From contig NC_043002.1 of assembly GCF_006345805.1 (NCBI RefSeq), positions 82,956,001 through 83,020,000 on the forward strand: a stretch of DNA of 64,000 bases, given 5' to 3'. Shown here one piece after another: positions 49,366 to 62,436 of this stretch (its first letter is position 1; every line of letters starts with the position of its first letter). Made by a program: the position numbers and the translations under genes. Below the pieces are notes generated by a model that was not told where the DNA came from, searched no databases, and saw nothing but the letters and a program-made list of their open reading frames with translations. Source of the stretch: Octopus sinensis. Lineage: Eukaryota.

Positions 49366-49500
49366 CTTTAAGAGTCATGTTGACGCTGGCGAGAGAAAAT
49401 GATAAACCGATTTTTGCGTCAACTTTTTCCTCGGAATAATCGATGTATGTGGTTTGAGCATTAATGAATCCTTCTTTCCAACTATGACCACAGAGAGTAA
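49366..49500 (-). CDS. DUOXA: DUOXA coding exon 3 (luminal loop)
   Basis: ttgtag| acceptor, G|gtaggt donor; 135 nt, phase 1-1. VTLCGHSWKEGFINAQTTYIDYSEEKVDAKIGLSFSLASVNMTLK fits the W..G......Y..FS...V.A.IG...GL..VNITL family pattern, with sequon NMT. Confidence 0.92.
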
Positions 49501-50778
49501 CTACAATTAGAGAAATAAAATGAAAATATATTTAGATTGAAAAAAAAACAGAAAATCGTTTGAAAAGCATGATGGTTGAACGAACAAGATATCAAATTGC
49601 CGACATGAAATCTTGTATTGTTGCAGCTATTACACTGAGCTTCTTAACAGAACGGCTAATGCAAACGTCTTTGAAAGAAATAATCAAGTATATACTGTTA
49701 AAAAAGGTTAATGTATTTGGAGGGAAAAATATGACGTTACAACTGCCTGTAGCTCTGAGAAGTTCTGTCTTGTAAACTTGAAGTAATGAAACAATATTAA
49801 GTCCGTCCTGCGACTAAATCTCAGCAAAAGACGCCGACCAGAGTTAAATTTAAACCAAAATAAGCTAACGGGTAAATATTTGAGCCAACTATTCGAGTTT
49901 ATCCAACTCGAGTTTGTTGTCCCAAGCTCGGGGTTAGATCGAAGTTCGAGCAACAGTGGGCTCCACTGGACGAGTTAGATAAGATAGACATGTATTCCCT
50001 TACGGCTGATGTAGTTTAACTTTTTTTTTCAAGGCTTGAGCACCAATTGAAAAATTCAAATTTGATTGCAAAGAATCCAAACTAGATCGAAAACATCTAT
50101 AATTTCAGGAAGAAGTCGCAGAATGTAATTTTATTTAAATACCACAGGAAAATACACCAGCGGTTGTGCTGAGCACACAACAAAAATATGAGAATGCCCT
50201 ACCTATGAATAAATAAAAACTTAGACACATTCCTATGCTTTTGATGTGCAGAGAAAAAAAATAGTGGGAGAGATTTCTGACGGACAGTTTCGCAGGTTGC
50301 TGACCGTCTCTTATAGGATACATCCTCGAATTTCCTTCCTCAGTTAATGACATAGAATTCAAAGCAGTTAAGAATTGAACTATTAACGTAGCTAATTAGC
50401 ATCTTTGTATTTTAGCTGGCTCACCATTAATTAAACGACGTATTTTACGTACAATATCGCGCGAATCAGAATAAATTCAAATGCGAGAAAACCACGAGTA
50501 TGATAACGAATTTTAAGAAACAAACATATACACAAACATATTCAGTAGCATACGTGTGCTAGCATTTTTTTGTTGGTTTGGTGGGCGGTTAAGATCCTTT
50601 GTATTTTGTTTACTCGACCAAAGCCAGGAGCTGAACAAGCGCAAGTAACTATTTGACGTCAACTGCGACATTAAAATTATCTGCATGAATAAATAAAGCC
50701 TTGTCATACCAATATTCATTTCAAGCTCCACGGAGTTTAAAGAAACTAACAATTTATTTATGTTTGAAATAAAACTAC

Positions 50779-51023
50779 TATGTTGGTGCATAATTATTGC
50801 GACTTTTTTCCTCCAACAAATTTTATTCAACAAAAACAATATTTAACGAAAACATCTTTAAATGACGGTCTCACCATCTGCCAAGCAAATGGGAAGCAGT
50901 AATTGAAGTAGATGGTGAACATGCTCCGGAATAATTATTAAAAAATTTGTTACATGTTATTGTTTTTGTTGAATAAAATTTGTTGAAAAAAAAAAGTCGC
51001 AATAATTATGCACCAACCCAATA
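50779..51023. mobile_element. Tc1/mariner-type MITE
   Basis: TIRs of about 60 bp: gttggtgcataattattgcgactttttt...caacaaattttattcaacaaaaacaat and reverse complement; TA at the ends. Confidence 0.85.
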
Positions 51024-51904
51024 GAATAAATTTTATCTTTAATTTGGTTCAGCGTGAAGACTACTTTAGTATATGTATTAAAAACTAACATTTGTGATAT
51101 TTGAAATTCCACGAGCTGTTATGCTTGGTGTAATCTCAAGCAAGCGGTGGAAATCGTAGCAATATCTGATTGAGGACAGAACTAAAGAGGCCTACAATGA
51201 AAACACTACTCGCTAAGAACTGTTTAAAATGATTTCAGTCGCTAAAGTCTGTCGAATCGAGTTCTTAGGTGTTGTTCAGCGATCTGTGGGCGCAGAAAGG
51301 ATGTAAAGATCATAAAAACTACAAGGTAATATCTCATCAGTGTGAGTCGTTAAACTGCGACTACGCCTTGAAGAACTTTAGTCAAACGAATGGACACCAT
51401 TACTTTTTTTTTTTGTTTTAGCATAGTACTTATTCTATTGGTGGCTTTTGCCAAACCGCTAAGTTATGGAAACGTAAACTCAACAACACTGGGTGTTAAG
51501 CGGCGATGGGGACAAAGACAAAATAATTTATCACCACAGCGATATTTTTGTGAAGTAAATCAGTAATAGAATTATTTTAATAGGATGTCCACCGTAAGAA
51601 GTTCAGGCGCGTTGATAGTGTGTTGCTAGCGTTCGGAGGTGGATTCGATCGACGCACCTGGAGAAACAATGTGTCCTTGAGCAAGGCACTTCATTCGACG
51701 TTGCTTCAATCCACTCAACTGGAAATGTGTATCAGCGATAGTTAGGGAGAGAAGGCGCAAGTTAACCCTGTGGTCGGCTGGTGTCTCGTTCAAGAGGAGT
51801 TTTGTACTTTCAGTTGCTCAAAAGCATCACGTACATCTAGATAAATTTCAGCTTATTAGGTAGAGACAGATATTAACAAAGTATTAATATGAGTTCCTAC
51901 TTAC

Positions 51905-51962
51905 CGAGAATTATCATTATCACAGTGAAATTGAACGTCAAAGCAAAAAAAGATTTGAATCT
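51905..51962 (-). CDS. DUOXA: DUOXA coding exon 2 (TM2)
   Basis: tttctgtttcag| acceptor, G|gtaagt donor; 58 nt, phase 0-1; RFKSFFALTFNFTVIMIIL. Confidence 0.85.
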
Positions 51963-52185
51963 CTGAAACAGAAAAAAAAATTGTAATAGCAATTTCAAAA
52001 TTAAAAGTTAATGCTTTCGTAACTCACCCCTAAGGGTTCTTCAAAACAGCTAAGATAATGACTTTCATTCTGAGAAAAGTTTTGTCTAGGCCAGTTGAGT
52101 AGCAAAACCAATTACTACAAGTGAAAGACAAAGCTTTTTGTGAAGTTATATTTAACAAGAGCACTCAGAGAGCGCAAACCTCTGT

Positions 52186-53897
52186 CAATGTTTCTTTATT
52201 TTGGCACTACGACCACAACACAGAGGGGACACTACAAAGATAGACACAACACCTCAATGGGGGCAAGAGATGTTCTATAAAAGTGAAATGGCTGCATGCT
52301 CCCCACTCACATGCAGTATCATTTGAACGTTTATATAAACTATTTACAATCGTTCTATTATCTTATTGTATTTTTTTAATTTCGTTTTTTCCTCTTTTTT
52401 TAATGAAACAATTTTATTTTTCTTCTTTAATAAAACAATTTCACTTTCCTTTTTAATATCTCGTGAAAGGTTCTAAATCTTTTAGCTCCACTACAGGTGG
52501 AAATTCATCGAACTCCATCACTCCTGACGGGTCAATCCTTCTCCACACATGTCTTTTAGTCTGTTGTAAGCGTCCTTAACCACATTCTCGGAATACACAC
52601 CTGTGGGCAACTTTGCTCTTATAACATGTTTAAACTTTAATACTTTTTCAGTTTCTTTGCTTTTTGCGTACGTCACAAAATTCTATCGAAATTTTCCTTT
52701 TCTTATTTGTTTTCTCTTTTCCTGCTCCGCTCCTTCTTTTCTTCGACCATTCTGAACAGTCTCTCCAGTTGAGTTTCTAAATTTTCTTCCTCCACTGGAA
52801 CAACCGGTGTCTTCAATGTCTCTTCCTTATGCAACTCCTACTTGAACACTTCAAGTTCCTTTTCGCTTACTTTATCCACTACCATTCTGTCTTGCTTCCT
52901 TCTGGTTTTCTTTTCCATCTCTTTTTCTGCTGCTCTGGCGGAGAGCTTACTCTCCCAATTCACTTTCTTTTTTTAAACACCGTGAACCCCTCCTCCGTTG
53001 CTTTCTCCTTTATCTCGACCTGTACCTCCTGGTCCGTGCTCTCCTGTCTCTCCGTCCGCTTTATCTGCTGTTCCCTCTGAGGGTACCTCTTCACGTGGAC
53101 CTTTCCCCCACATGTATAACATACAGGCAGCCTGCCCTCCACAACCACTCCCAATCTTACGTCATCGGGCAGCACTATCTCTTTGACAATTCTGTTTAGG
53201 TCTTCCACTGTTGCTTGGGCGGTTAACTCTATTCCATATCCCCAGTAAATTCTTTGGGTTCTTGTGGCCTTCAGTATCATGGCTTCCTCATTCATGTCAT
53301 ACATTATATGGCTACCATCAGCCATGCTTCTTTCAGCTCTGGGGGCACTTTCCAACTCGCACCTTGGCCACACGTTTGCTACAGTACAATGGCAAAAGTA
53401 CCCATTCTTCCGATCTTATTGCCTCCGCGGAGTGCTTAATTGCTTCCTCTTCTTATGCAAAACGCACCTCCACAGTAACGCACTTTCTCCCTCTTGTTAT
53501 AAATGTGGTTTGTCTTTATATTCTTCAAACATTCTTCAATTGTCGCTATTTCTACATTCCTCAGTGCTATCTTCATTGTCTTATATATCACCGTTCTTTT
53601 CATTACGTTTGTTGTTAGTTCCAAAGGCGGCGTTAATTTCAGTGTATTTCCGTCTTTTTCAAGCAACTTCTCGCATTCTTTCATTTTTCGAGGTTCAACC
53701 TTTATTTCTCGTACCTCCAGCGTTTCCATGTCTATGCCTTTACCAGTTGCAACCTACTGGCGTTTTCTCCATTTTCCCCACATGGGAAAAACAATTCAAA
53801 ATAACACTAGCAACAATTTGAACTGTAACAATTTAACACCATGACTTACGTCCAACACGACAAAAAACAACTTAAGCCGCCTGTGTGGTCATGTCGC
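52186..53897 (-). mobile_element. Non-LTR-type element carrying only a degraded gag-like ORF1 (zinc knuckle)
   Basis: ORF pieces 53436-53729 and 52960-53373 with VVVEGRLPVCYTCGGKVHV and a K/E-rich tail; 3' end aataaagaaacatt; no RT; interrupts the repeat aacaagagcactcagagagcgcaaacctc|cgccaagg. Confidence 0.7.
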
Positions 53898-55270
53898 AGA
53901 CCTCCGCCAAGGTAACACCAACGTCCTGATTTTTTTATTACCCACAAAAGGTCAAGCATAGATGGGACATTACAAAACAATACAGGACACATGATCGGAG
54001 AAATAAAAATACAGAAAATCGAGTGAAGAAAAAATAAAAAGAATGAATGAAAATGATAAAATGAGGCGCAATGCCCACTCGACCCCCTTAGTCAAGTGGT
54101 TACATTTAGACATTATTTTGAACAATTTTTCCTTTTTTTTTAAAGTTCACATCTTCATTGTCCATATTTTTTTTAAGTTTTTCAACTGTTTATGTTGAAT
54201 TACGGGTGGTAGGGCATCAAACCACACCGGCTCGCCAAGTGAAATAAAATACCTTCCATATGTTTTTATAAGCGTGTCGTATCTATCCTCATTCAATAGT
54301 ACACTTTTGTTCTTCCTTGAAATCCTCCTTGAATGGTATAATGTTTTTATTGACCCAAAAAGGACGAAAGGAAAATTTGATTTCGGTGGGATATGTGTCA
54401 CAAAGGTCACATATAAAAAGACATTACAAGAACAAATTCCAAATGAAGAAATAAAATAAAAAGCGGTGATTTATATAGAATCAAATGAGAAAATAGGCGT
54501 GAAAACTGTACAAAAAGAAACGAAATTGAGACAGCTACTTAGAACCAGTCAACGAAGCCCATTGATCCGATATTACCTTTGTTATCAAGGTAAAGTGACT
54601 TTTCTTCGAGTCATTCTCGTCAATCATCCGCCTTTCAGACGGATGTATCTCTCTTCACTGTTGCTGAGTAGAACCTGCATAATATTGTTTCTTACCTAGA
54701 TAACACTTTGAATATCAAGATAAGACTGGGCGTATCTGGATTGTATGGGTGTCTATGTCAGCAAGAGCACATTAATCTACTTTTCTTATGAAACTACTAA
54801 ATTTACTGTTGTTTAATAACGTCTTATATTAGTTAGACTATAACAAATATTGTATAAAAAAACATATAGACGATTGATTACTATTTGCCGGTTGCGGCTT
54901 AGCCACGACTCAACGCAGGCTTATGAGCAAAAGGCGTTTCAGCCGTGACCGTCTTAACATTACTTATTTTAGGCTATATCATTCGTGATATTCTCGTTTT
55001 AAAGCAACCTTTCAGCTCTTTCCATCTTCTAAAGATTATTTTATTGACCAGGGGTGATGTAAAGGTAGAGAAAAAACAACAGGATTTGAACAAGTAGAAC
55101 GCAGAATCTCCAAGCAAAATACTGCAATGTGATTCTTATGTTACTTGACCATTTCGGCAATTATAAACATTACATTTGGGCATTTATCGAATTTTTTAAA
55201 GTAATAAAACGAAGAGGGAGAGAGTTAGCGAGAGTAATTGAACATAGAAACAAAAAAGAAAATAACTCAC

Positions 55271-55432
55271 CGATTTTCTACGACTTCCTAGAGTCGCAAA
55301 TATTGCTGCTACGTACAGGAGAACACACACGTAAATAACACTTGCAAAGGTTTTATCAACAGAAACCTCACTTCGAAGACTGTCGTAATAACTAAAACCG
55401 TACGGTCCACGAAAAGCTCTGAACAATGCCAT
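55271..55432 (-). CDS. DUOXA: Dual oxidase maturation factor (DUOXA/NIP family), coding exon 1
   Basis: ATG at 55432; MALFRAFRGPYGFSYYDSLRSEVSVD followed by a hydrophobic TM1 and GSRRKS; donor TCG|gtgagt; 162 nt. Resembles the invertebrate DUOXA N-terminus (FxAFRxxxGxxxY..RT.V..D). Confidence 0.88.
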
Positions 55433-55433
55433 A

Positions 55434-55541
55434 CTACATGGAAAGAAAAAAATGAAAAAAAAAATCTTTAAATCCACTTAAAAAAAAAAATACAAACACA
55501 GACATAGTATATGAGTGACGGAGGAAAAATATTTATCTTAC
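55434..55541 (-). other. Probable 108-nt intron in the DUOXA 5' UTR, implying a non-coding first exon from 55542 upward
   Basis: Long T-tract and tag| acceptor 1 nt before the ATG; AAT|GTAAGA donor at 55541. Confidence 0.55.
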
Positions 55542-56896
55542 ATTTTTTCCTGAAGTGTAAATGGTGCGAAGCAAACCGTGTCAACTCAAACGCGATCACT
55601 CCCGACAGTAAATAAAAAACGTTAAAAAAAAATTAGAGCACCTTTAGCAGGTGATAATTATATTTATAAGATCGTTTTCCTTTGAATACATTCTGTTGAT
55701 TTCTAGTTACTCTACTGCAACCGTTTATAAAACATCTATATAAAACCCATTTGTTAATTTATGCAAAATAGAGATAATCACGCATAAATTAACATATATC
55801 AGATTACATATTAAAAAAAAAAGTGTTGATGTTAAATAGGGTTGGCCACTTGTGGCTAATAAAGAAACATATACAGGGTTGGACGAAATAATGGAATTCC
55901 CTCAAATAACACCTTATCGTCTATGCAAATGAAGGCTATATTAAATAATATAATCCAAAGGAAAAACGAGAATGTCACTACTGAACGGCTTTCGATCAGT
56001 GTTGTAGATTATATATTTTGTTTTACATTAAGTATGTGAATCTTTCAATTTATATTTAAACTTTATAATACGCTACTACAATAAAACAGCGTAACACGAG
56101 GCCGGTTCATGTTAATTGTTTGCAAACGTATTCTGAAAGCTTAAGAGAAAAAGCTCTATTTGTAAATTTGCTTCTCAGCGATACCAGAACTCACATATCC
56201 AGTTTCAATTCTCAAGCATAAACGAAATAATTTTGCTGATTTTGATTTATGATATCAAATCAGTGGATTAGCCGAATCGATAGAACGTCGAACAAAATGT
56301 ACTGCAGTATTTCTTTCGAGTTCAGATCCAATCGTGGTCAACTTCGCTTTTCATCCTTTCAAGCTCGACAAAATAAAATAGTGGTGAACTTGTGCCTAAA
56401 TGAGAAACCACTGATTTCTAATATAGACACAAATTCTCAATTATTTTTTTTTTCCTTTTTGCGGGACTTGGTGTTGGTTTCATCGATTTAATGGACCTGC
56501 TATGTTTGCCTGATACTTTATTTATTCTACCCCAGATGAAAAGTAAAGTTGTTCGTGGGATTTGAACGGAATAAGCTTCTCTACTTGTGTTGTTTTATTA
56601 TGTGTCTATATCGTCATGCTTGATAAAAAAAACCCCGAAAGTATTGGAATTGTAAAATATCTAAAAATAAGGTCGATAGACTTTCAAATTTATCATACTA
56701 AATCGAAAACGAATCATATAAAAGCTCGCCATCATTGGGTGAAAAGAACCACATGGTATTTTGGTATCTGTAACCAAAAAGACAAATGTTTTTTCTGTTG
56801 GGATTGAAATTGATGGGTGCATATAGAAAACAAAGGATAAAATGCCTAAAAATATTTTATTGGTATGTAAAACTATATATATTATATAGTTTTATA

Positions 56897-57042
56897 TTAT
56901 AAGGTTGTCCCAAAAGTTCGTAGAAAGTCTTGGAAAATAATGGTCTTTATTTTGAGGAATAATTTTTGTTGTTTTTGTTAGTACTTGGCGAGTAAAAATT
57001 CAATTTTCGCAAGTGTTTACGAACTTTTGGGACAACCTAATA
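56897..57042. mobile_element. Small Tc1/mariner-type MITE
   Basis: aggttgtcccaaaagttcgta...tacgaacttttgggacaacct TIRs with TA flanks. Confidence 0.8.
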
Positions 57043-57206
57043 TATATACTGAAAGGCGATCTCTGATCGGCTATTACACTTCAAAGCGTTTGTTCCATCA
57101 GGCCGATGGCTCGGCCTCAAATCCTTTCAGCTTCTATCACTTGGGTTGATCCATCGGCCCGTGTCTACCAAAAGGGTTTAAAAAGTCTTTTATTATTGTT
57201 GGCACT

Positions 57207-58620
57207 AAGGTGGTGAGTTAGCAGAACCGTTAGCATGCCGGATAAAATGCTTAGCGGCATTTCGTCCGTCTTTACATTCTGGTTTCATATTCTGCCGTTT
57301 GTCCTTTCGAGGTCGATAAAATAAGTATCAATCAAAATCTGAGGTCGAGGTAATCGTCTTTCCCCTCCCCTCAAAAACTGCTCGTTCTGTGCCAAAATTC
57401 GAAACTTTTATTGCAAAATTGCGCTGGCACAATAGGTTTAATATATTTTCCTGTAATTTAACTTAGAATATATCTCGCAACATAGAGGGATATTTTATTC
57501 TTATCTCCCTCAGCTTATCTCGTTGTGGATGGGTATCATATCTTCGGCTAACATTATCCATAATATAAGGCGGCGAAAGGCAGAACCGTTAGCATGCCAG
57601 GAATTTCGTCCGTCTTCACATTCTGAGTCCAAATTCCGCCAAGGTCGATTTTTGTCTTTCATTCTTTCAGGGTCGATAAAATAAGTACTAGTTGAGCATT
57701 GGAGTCAATTCAATGACTTAACCCAACTCTCGAACATGTCTTTGTGTTAAAATTTTAAACCAACGTTATCCGTAATATATAACGAAACATGGATGACTGT
57801 CATGGTTAACTTTATGCATTAAAAAATTGTTATGCTTTCACAACTTTAATTGCTGAGCTACAAGGATTCTATATCAATTACATTGTATTTAATAATGCAT
57901 TAATACAAGCCTAACCTAACCCTCTAACCTAAATCAGTACCTAGCTTCAATAGTTTTGAAAGTTTTGAGGCAATCAACATATTAAATATATAATTTCTCT
58001 AAGGTGGCAAGCTGGTAGAATCGTTAGAACGTAGAGAAAAAAGGCCGTGTTATTTCTTTCAGCTCTTTACATTTTGAGTAGAGATCTCCTCGATGCTAGC
58101 TTTGCATTTCACCCTTTTGTGGTAGATAAAATAAAGAACTGGAAAATGTATTAAACCTATTTGTAGACAATAAGCCCTGACAGATAGAAAATAAATATTC
58201 TCTCCATAAACAACATATTGTCTTTACAACTTATCCTTACATTCCAAGTTCAGTGACTGCAATAATGTGTTCCAGTTCTGGCAATGGTCAATAATTTTGA
58301 GGGAAGAGGGCAGTCGATCAAATAAACCCTAATACTTCATTGGTAAAGTCAACGTCAGCGACATTTGAACGTTGGACGTAAAAGCCGGAAGAAATATATA
58401 TTTCGTTACTACCCACAAGGGGCTAAACACAGAGAGGACAAACAAGGACAGACAAACGGATTAAGTCGATTACTTCGACCCCAGTGCGTAACTGGTACTT
58501 AATTTATCGACCCCGAAAGGATGAAAGGCAAAGTCGACCTCGGCGGAATTTGAACTCAGAACGTAACGGCAGACGAAACACGTCTACGCATTTCGCCCGG
58601 CGTGCTAACGTTTCTGCCAA
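57207..58620. mobile_element. Cluster of four second-family SINE copies (about 57207+, 57567+, 58000+, 58400-)
   Basis: Repeated aaggcggcgagctggcagaa.cgttagc heads and tttcatcctttcggggtcgataaa cores; another head near 63762. Confidence 0.8.
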
Positions 58621-60387
58621 CCGGAAGAAATACTATAAGGTGCTTGTTTCAAGGTTTTATCGATTTTGCCAGTGCGCCATCTTAGTGTCTCCAATAAAGG
58701 GTAGATTTTGGCAGAGGATGAGCAGCTTTGAGGGGAGGGAGACGATGATTACCTCAACCTCATTATTTGATTCATACTGAAGTATATGTGGGCAACAGGC
58801 TCCCTCCGTTTATTAGAAAAAAATATTATAAAACTCACTCAAATGCTATCAAATATGTCACCCGTCTTGCCATACGTATCCCAAGCAAAAGAAACTCTCT
58901 TTCATTTATACAGTTTTACTGAAGTTTGAAACTAAACCTTAATTAATCGACGAGACATAATTTTATCATTACACGAACTTATGGGACGGAGCTACGTGAC
59001 AGTAAAATGTCAAACTGTGTAATAGTTTAATGTGTCTATATTTTTATATTGAAATGGTAAACTTAATCAGTCGACCGATTTGATACCACCACAACTTGAC
59101 TCCTGTATTTCTTTGATAGAATCCATTCTGTTATAGTCATTCGGATCAAATCTCCGATCTGAGGATAACATAGGACAGGACTTAAAGTTCCTTCCACTTC
59201 TGGCGATCTACAAAAGAGAGGGGGCGGGTAATGGAAACAGCTCTTTCTTGTTTGACAAAGCTATTAAAGAAAAAAAGAGAAAAAAAAAACACTGGTAAAG
59301 AAGGAATAATATTGTTGCTTATCAACAAGAAAATTAAATTAGGTTTGTTTTCGATGAAGGAGTTTATATATATATTAGGGGCTGAAAGGAGGAACGCGAA
59401 TTGCGAAATATATGCTTTCCTTAGGAGAATTAGTGGCCCGGATATTGAATTCAGGATGTGATATCAGTTTACCAAAAATTTACAGCAATTGGCGGTGCCC
59501 CAGCATGGCCACAGCTCATGAGCTGAAACTAGAATCAATCAATCAATCATGTAATACAATACCCAATGCAATACTTTCAATAATGGCGTCTTACCTTAGC
59601 ACTTACCCCAATACACTTAGTGACGTATCACCTTGCACTGAATTACCTGTCTGCAGATAAAATCCGTGTAAGATTGATTATCAATATACTAGTTTATGAC
59701 TTATGTTCATTTTATCGAGTTTGAAAGTATCAAAATACTAAGCCTACGGAATTTTACGCACTCAGTGCAAAATCTCATAAAGATTGGGTAGGTTTATATT
59801 TATATACTACATCGTAGATGTGGATAGAATAACAGGAGACAACTAAGAGAGGCTTCGGCAGGTTTAATATCAAAGCATAGAGGGACGAAACTGTACTAAA
59901 AATCGGTTACTGAGTCTGTCACTCTAGTGTTCCTAACACCGCTCGTACGCTATTTAACAAATCATGTAAGGATGTTTTTAAACAAGGGGGAAAAAATGAA
60001 AAAAAATGCTTGAATACCTTATCTAAACAGATTATTAATATGTGAGGAAATCCGGTAGTACTGTCTTATTATGTGTAGATCAAATGTGGATATTTAATTC
60101 ATGTCAATTCTTGAATTTTTCGTATCTTATTTTTTTTTTTTTCTTTTTTTGAAAAATGTAACCGATGATGTAATGGAAAAATATATTTTGATATATTTTG
60201 AAAAATATATTTTGGAAAAAGAATGACTCAACTTTTCTATTTAAAATTAACTGGGCTCTTTATTAGAAATGGGCTAAAAGGAACCTGGCAAATGTTAAAC
60301 TTGCCCCTGAACGTTAAAAGTTGGTATCCATATTTCTTCTTGCACAAAGTCTGTAGCACTAAATGAGCTAATTTGAAAGGTGTTGTA

Positions 60388-60438
<51 letters not shown>

Positions 60439-60475
60439 TCACACACGCGCGCGAACACACACACACACACACACA

Positions 60476-60693
60476 CGAGGGGGTGCTGAAAAATTCCTGG
60501 CTTTAAGAGTATCGTGAAAGGCCTGGCTGGAAGCCCAACCTTACGAGTCCTTTTACAGGGTTTAAAAAAAACTAGAGGACTGCTGCAATAAGTATGTGAA
60601 TCTGAGAGGGGAATATATTGCATAAAATCATAATTAGTTGACCCTCCTATATTTTCTTTTACCCAGAGCCAGGAACTTTACAGTACCCCCTCG
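60476..60693 (+). mobile_element. Tc1/mariner-type MITE
   Basis: cgagggggtgctgaaaaattcctggct / agccaggaactttacagtaccccctcg|ta TIRs. Confidence 0.85.
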
Positions 60694-61066
60694 TATATGT
60701 GTGTATCTACGACGGGTTTTCGCGGTTTCTGTCTACCAAATTCATTCACAAAACATTGATCGCCCCGGGGATGTCTAGAAGACATTTCTTGAAGATGCTA
60801 CGCAATGTAACTGAACGCCAAACTACGTGGTTGCAAAATGTGCTTCATAACTACACAGCCATGCCTGCGCCTATATATGTACATGGCGTTTCGAGTATTT
60901 AAGTTTCACCCTTTGTAATGAGAATAGTGAAGGCGCATAACCTCGTGGTCAGGAGTTGAGCTCACGAACACAAAGTCGAAGGTTCAATTCCTGAATTCCT
61001 TGAAGAGATGGCCTGTTGTGCTATTGAGCAAGCCACTTAATTTCACATTGTTGCAGTTACCTCCGT

Positions 61067-61697
61067 GGAGAATGGGTACCACTCGAGTGCTGGTATAGTC
61101 CTCTCTCTCACTAGTTGTCACATCTGCGATGTTCCTCTGAATCAAGATTGAAAGGGCCGAGAGGTTGTCTATGTCAGTTTGCAACCACATATGCACCTCA
61201 ATAAAAAGAAAAAGTAAAATGTTTCGAGGTCAATACTTGCTTGCAAATGACGGTTATGGTTTTTGTAGGCGCAGTAAGGCCGAAAGATTGGGAAGGTTGT
61301 TCCGCAATCACGAAGTCTCGGTTGTGGTTTTCCTATGTGGTATTTGGGTAAGTTATTCTCTGTAACCTTGGGTCGTCCCGTATCATGTGAGAATGAGTAC
61401 CTGATATAGTCCTCTCTCTCTCACTAGTTGTCACATCTGCGATGTTCCACTGAATCAAGATTGAAAGAGCCGAGACGTTGTCTATGTCAGTTTGCAACCA
61501 CATATGCACCTCAATAAAAAGAAAAAATGTTTCGAGGTCAATACTCGCTTGCAAATGACGGTTGTGGTTTTTGTAGGCGCAGTAAGACCGAATGGTTGGG
61601 CAGGTTGTTTCGCAATCACGAAGTCTCGGTTGTGATTCTCCTATGTGGTATTTGGGTAAGTTATTCTCTGTAACCTTGGGTCATCCGGTATCATGCG
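61067..61697. repeat. Tandem duplication, two copies of about 311-320 bp
   Basis: tatagtcctctctctcactagttgtcacatctgcgatgttcc starts at 61094 and 61405. Confidence 0.92.
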
Positions 61698-62436
61698 AAT
61701 GAACTTGATCAGACGGAAACTGTATAGAAGCCTTTCGGATATATTGTACATGTAATTCAAAGGTTCAACTTTGTTACATTGTTATGTTGCTTCTGCTTTA
61801 GAAATTATAGTTATGTATGTGAATTCATTGAACCTATTGTGTAACTGATAAACCATTGTCGGAAATTCTGACAGAGGTTCATCCATCGATGAAAACAATA
61901 AATCAGCTAATTCTGACAAGAGAGAAAAGGGAGAGAACTTCTTTTACAACCGAGAATGCTACGAGTGAGTGAGTATGATGTGTGAGGGTATCTTCACAAC
62001 CCACGGCGATTCCGTCTTATTAGACCTTATCAACGAAGTATAGTCTAAGCGTGACTACCTGCTTTCGAACCACATGGTTCCGGGTTCAGTCCCACTGCAT
62101 GGCACCTTGAGAAAGTTTCTTCTACTATAGTCCCGAGCCGACCAAAGCCTTGTGAGTGAATTTGGTAGACGGAAACGGAAAGAATCCCGTCACAATCTAT
62201 GAAAAAGAGAAACTGTATTAACTCAGCATAAGCACTTGACTAGTGTTAGGGCACGTGGCTCTGTGGTTTAGAGTGGTCAGTTCCCGATCATAATACTGTG
62301 GGTTCAATGTTTGGCATGGAAGACGCGTTGTTCCCCTTGGGTGAGGCATTGCACTTCCACGGTTCCGCACTTTCTTCCCCTGGCAAGGTAGGATATCTCT
62401 TGCCAAACTGGCCTCAACGTCTTTTTAACTTGCGCC

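Noticed and set aside
50135-50362. Hydrophobic ORF with a LFIG motif as candidate DUOXA exon 2
   Set aside because: 51905-51962 has better splice sites and the required 0-1 phase.
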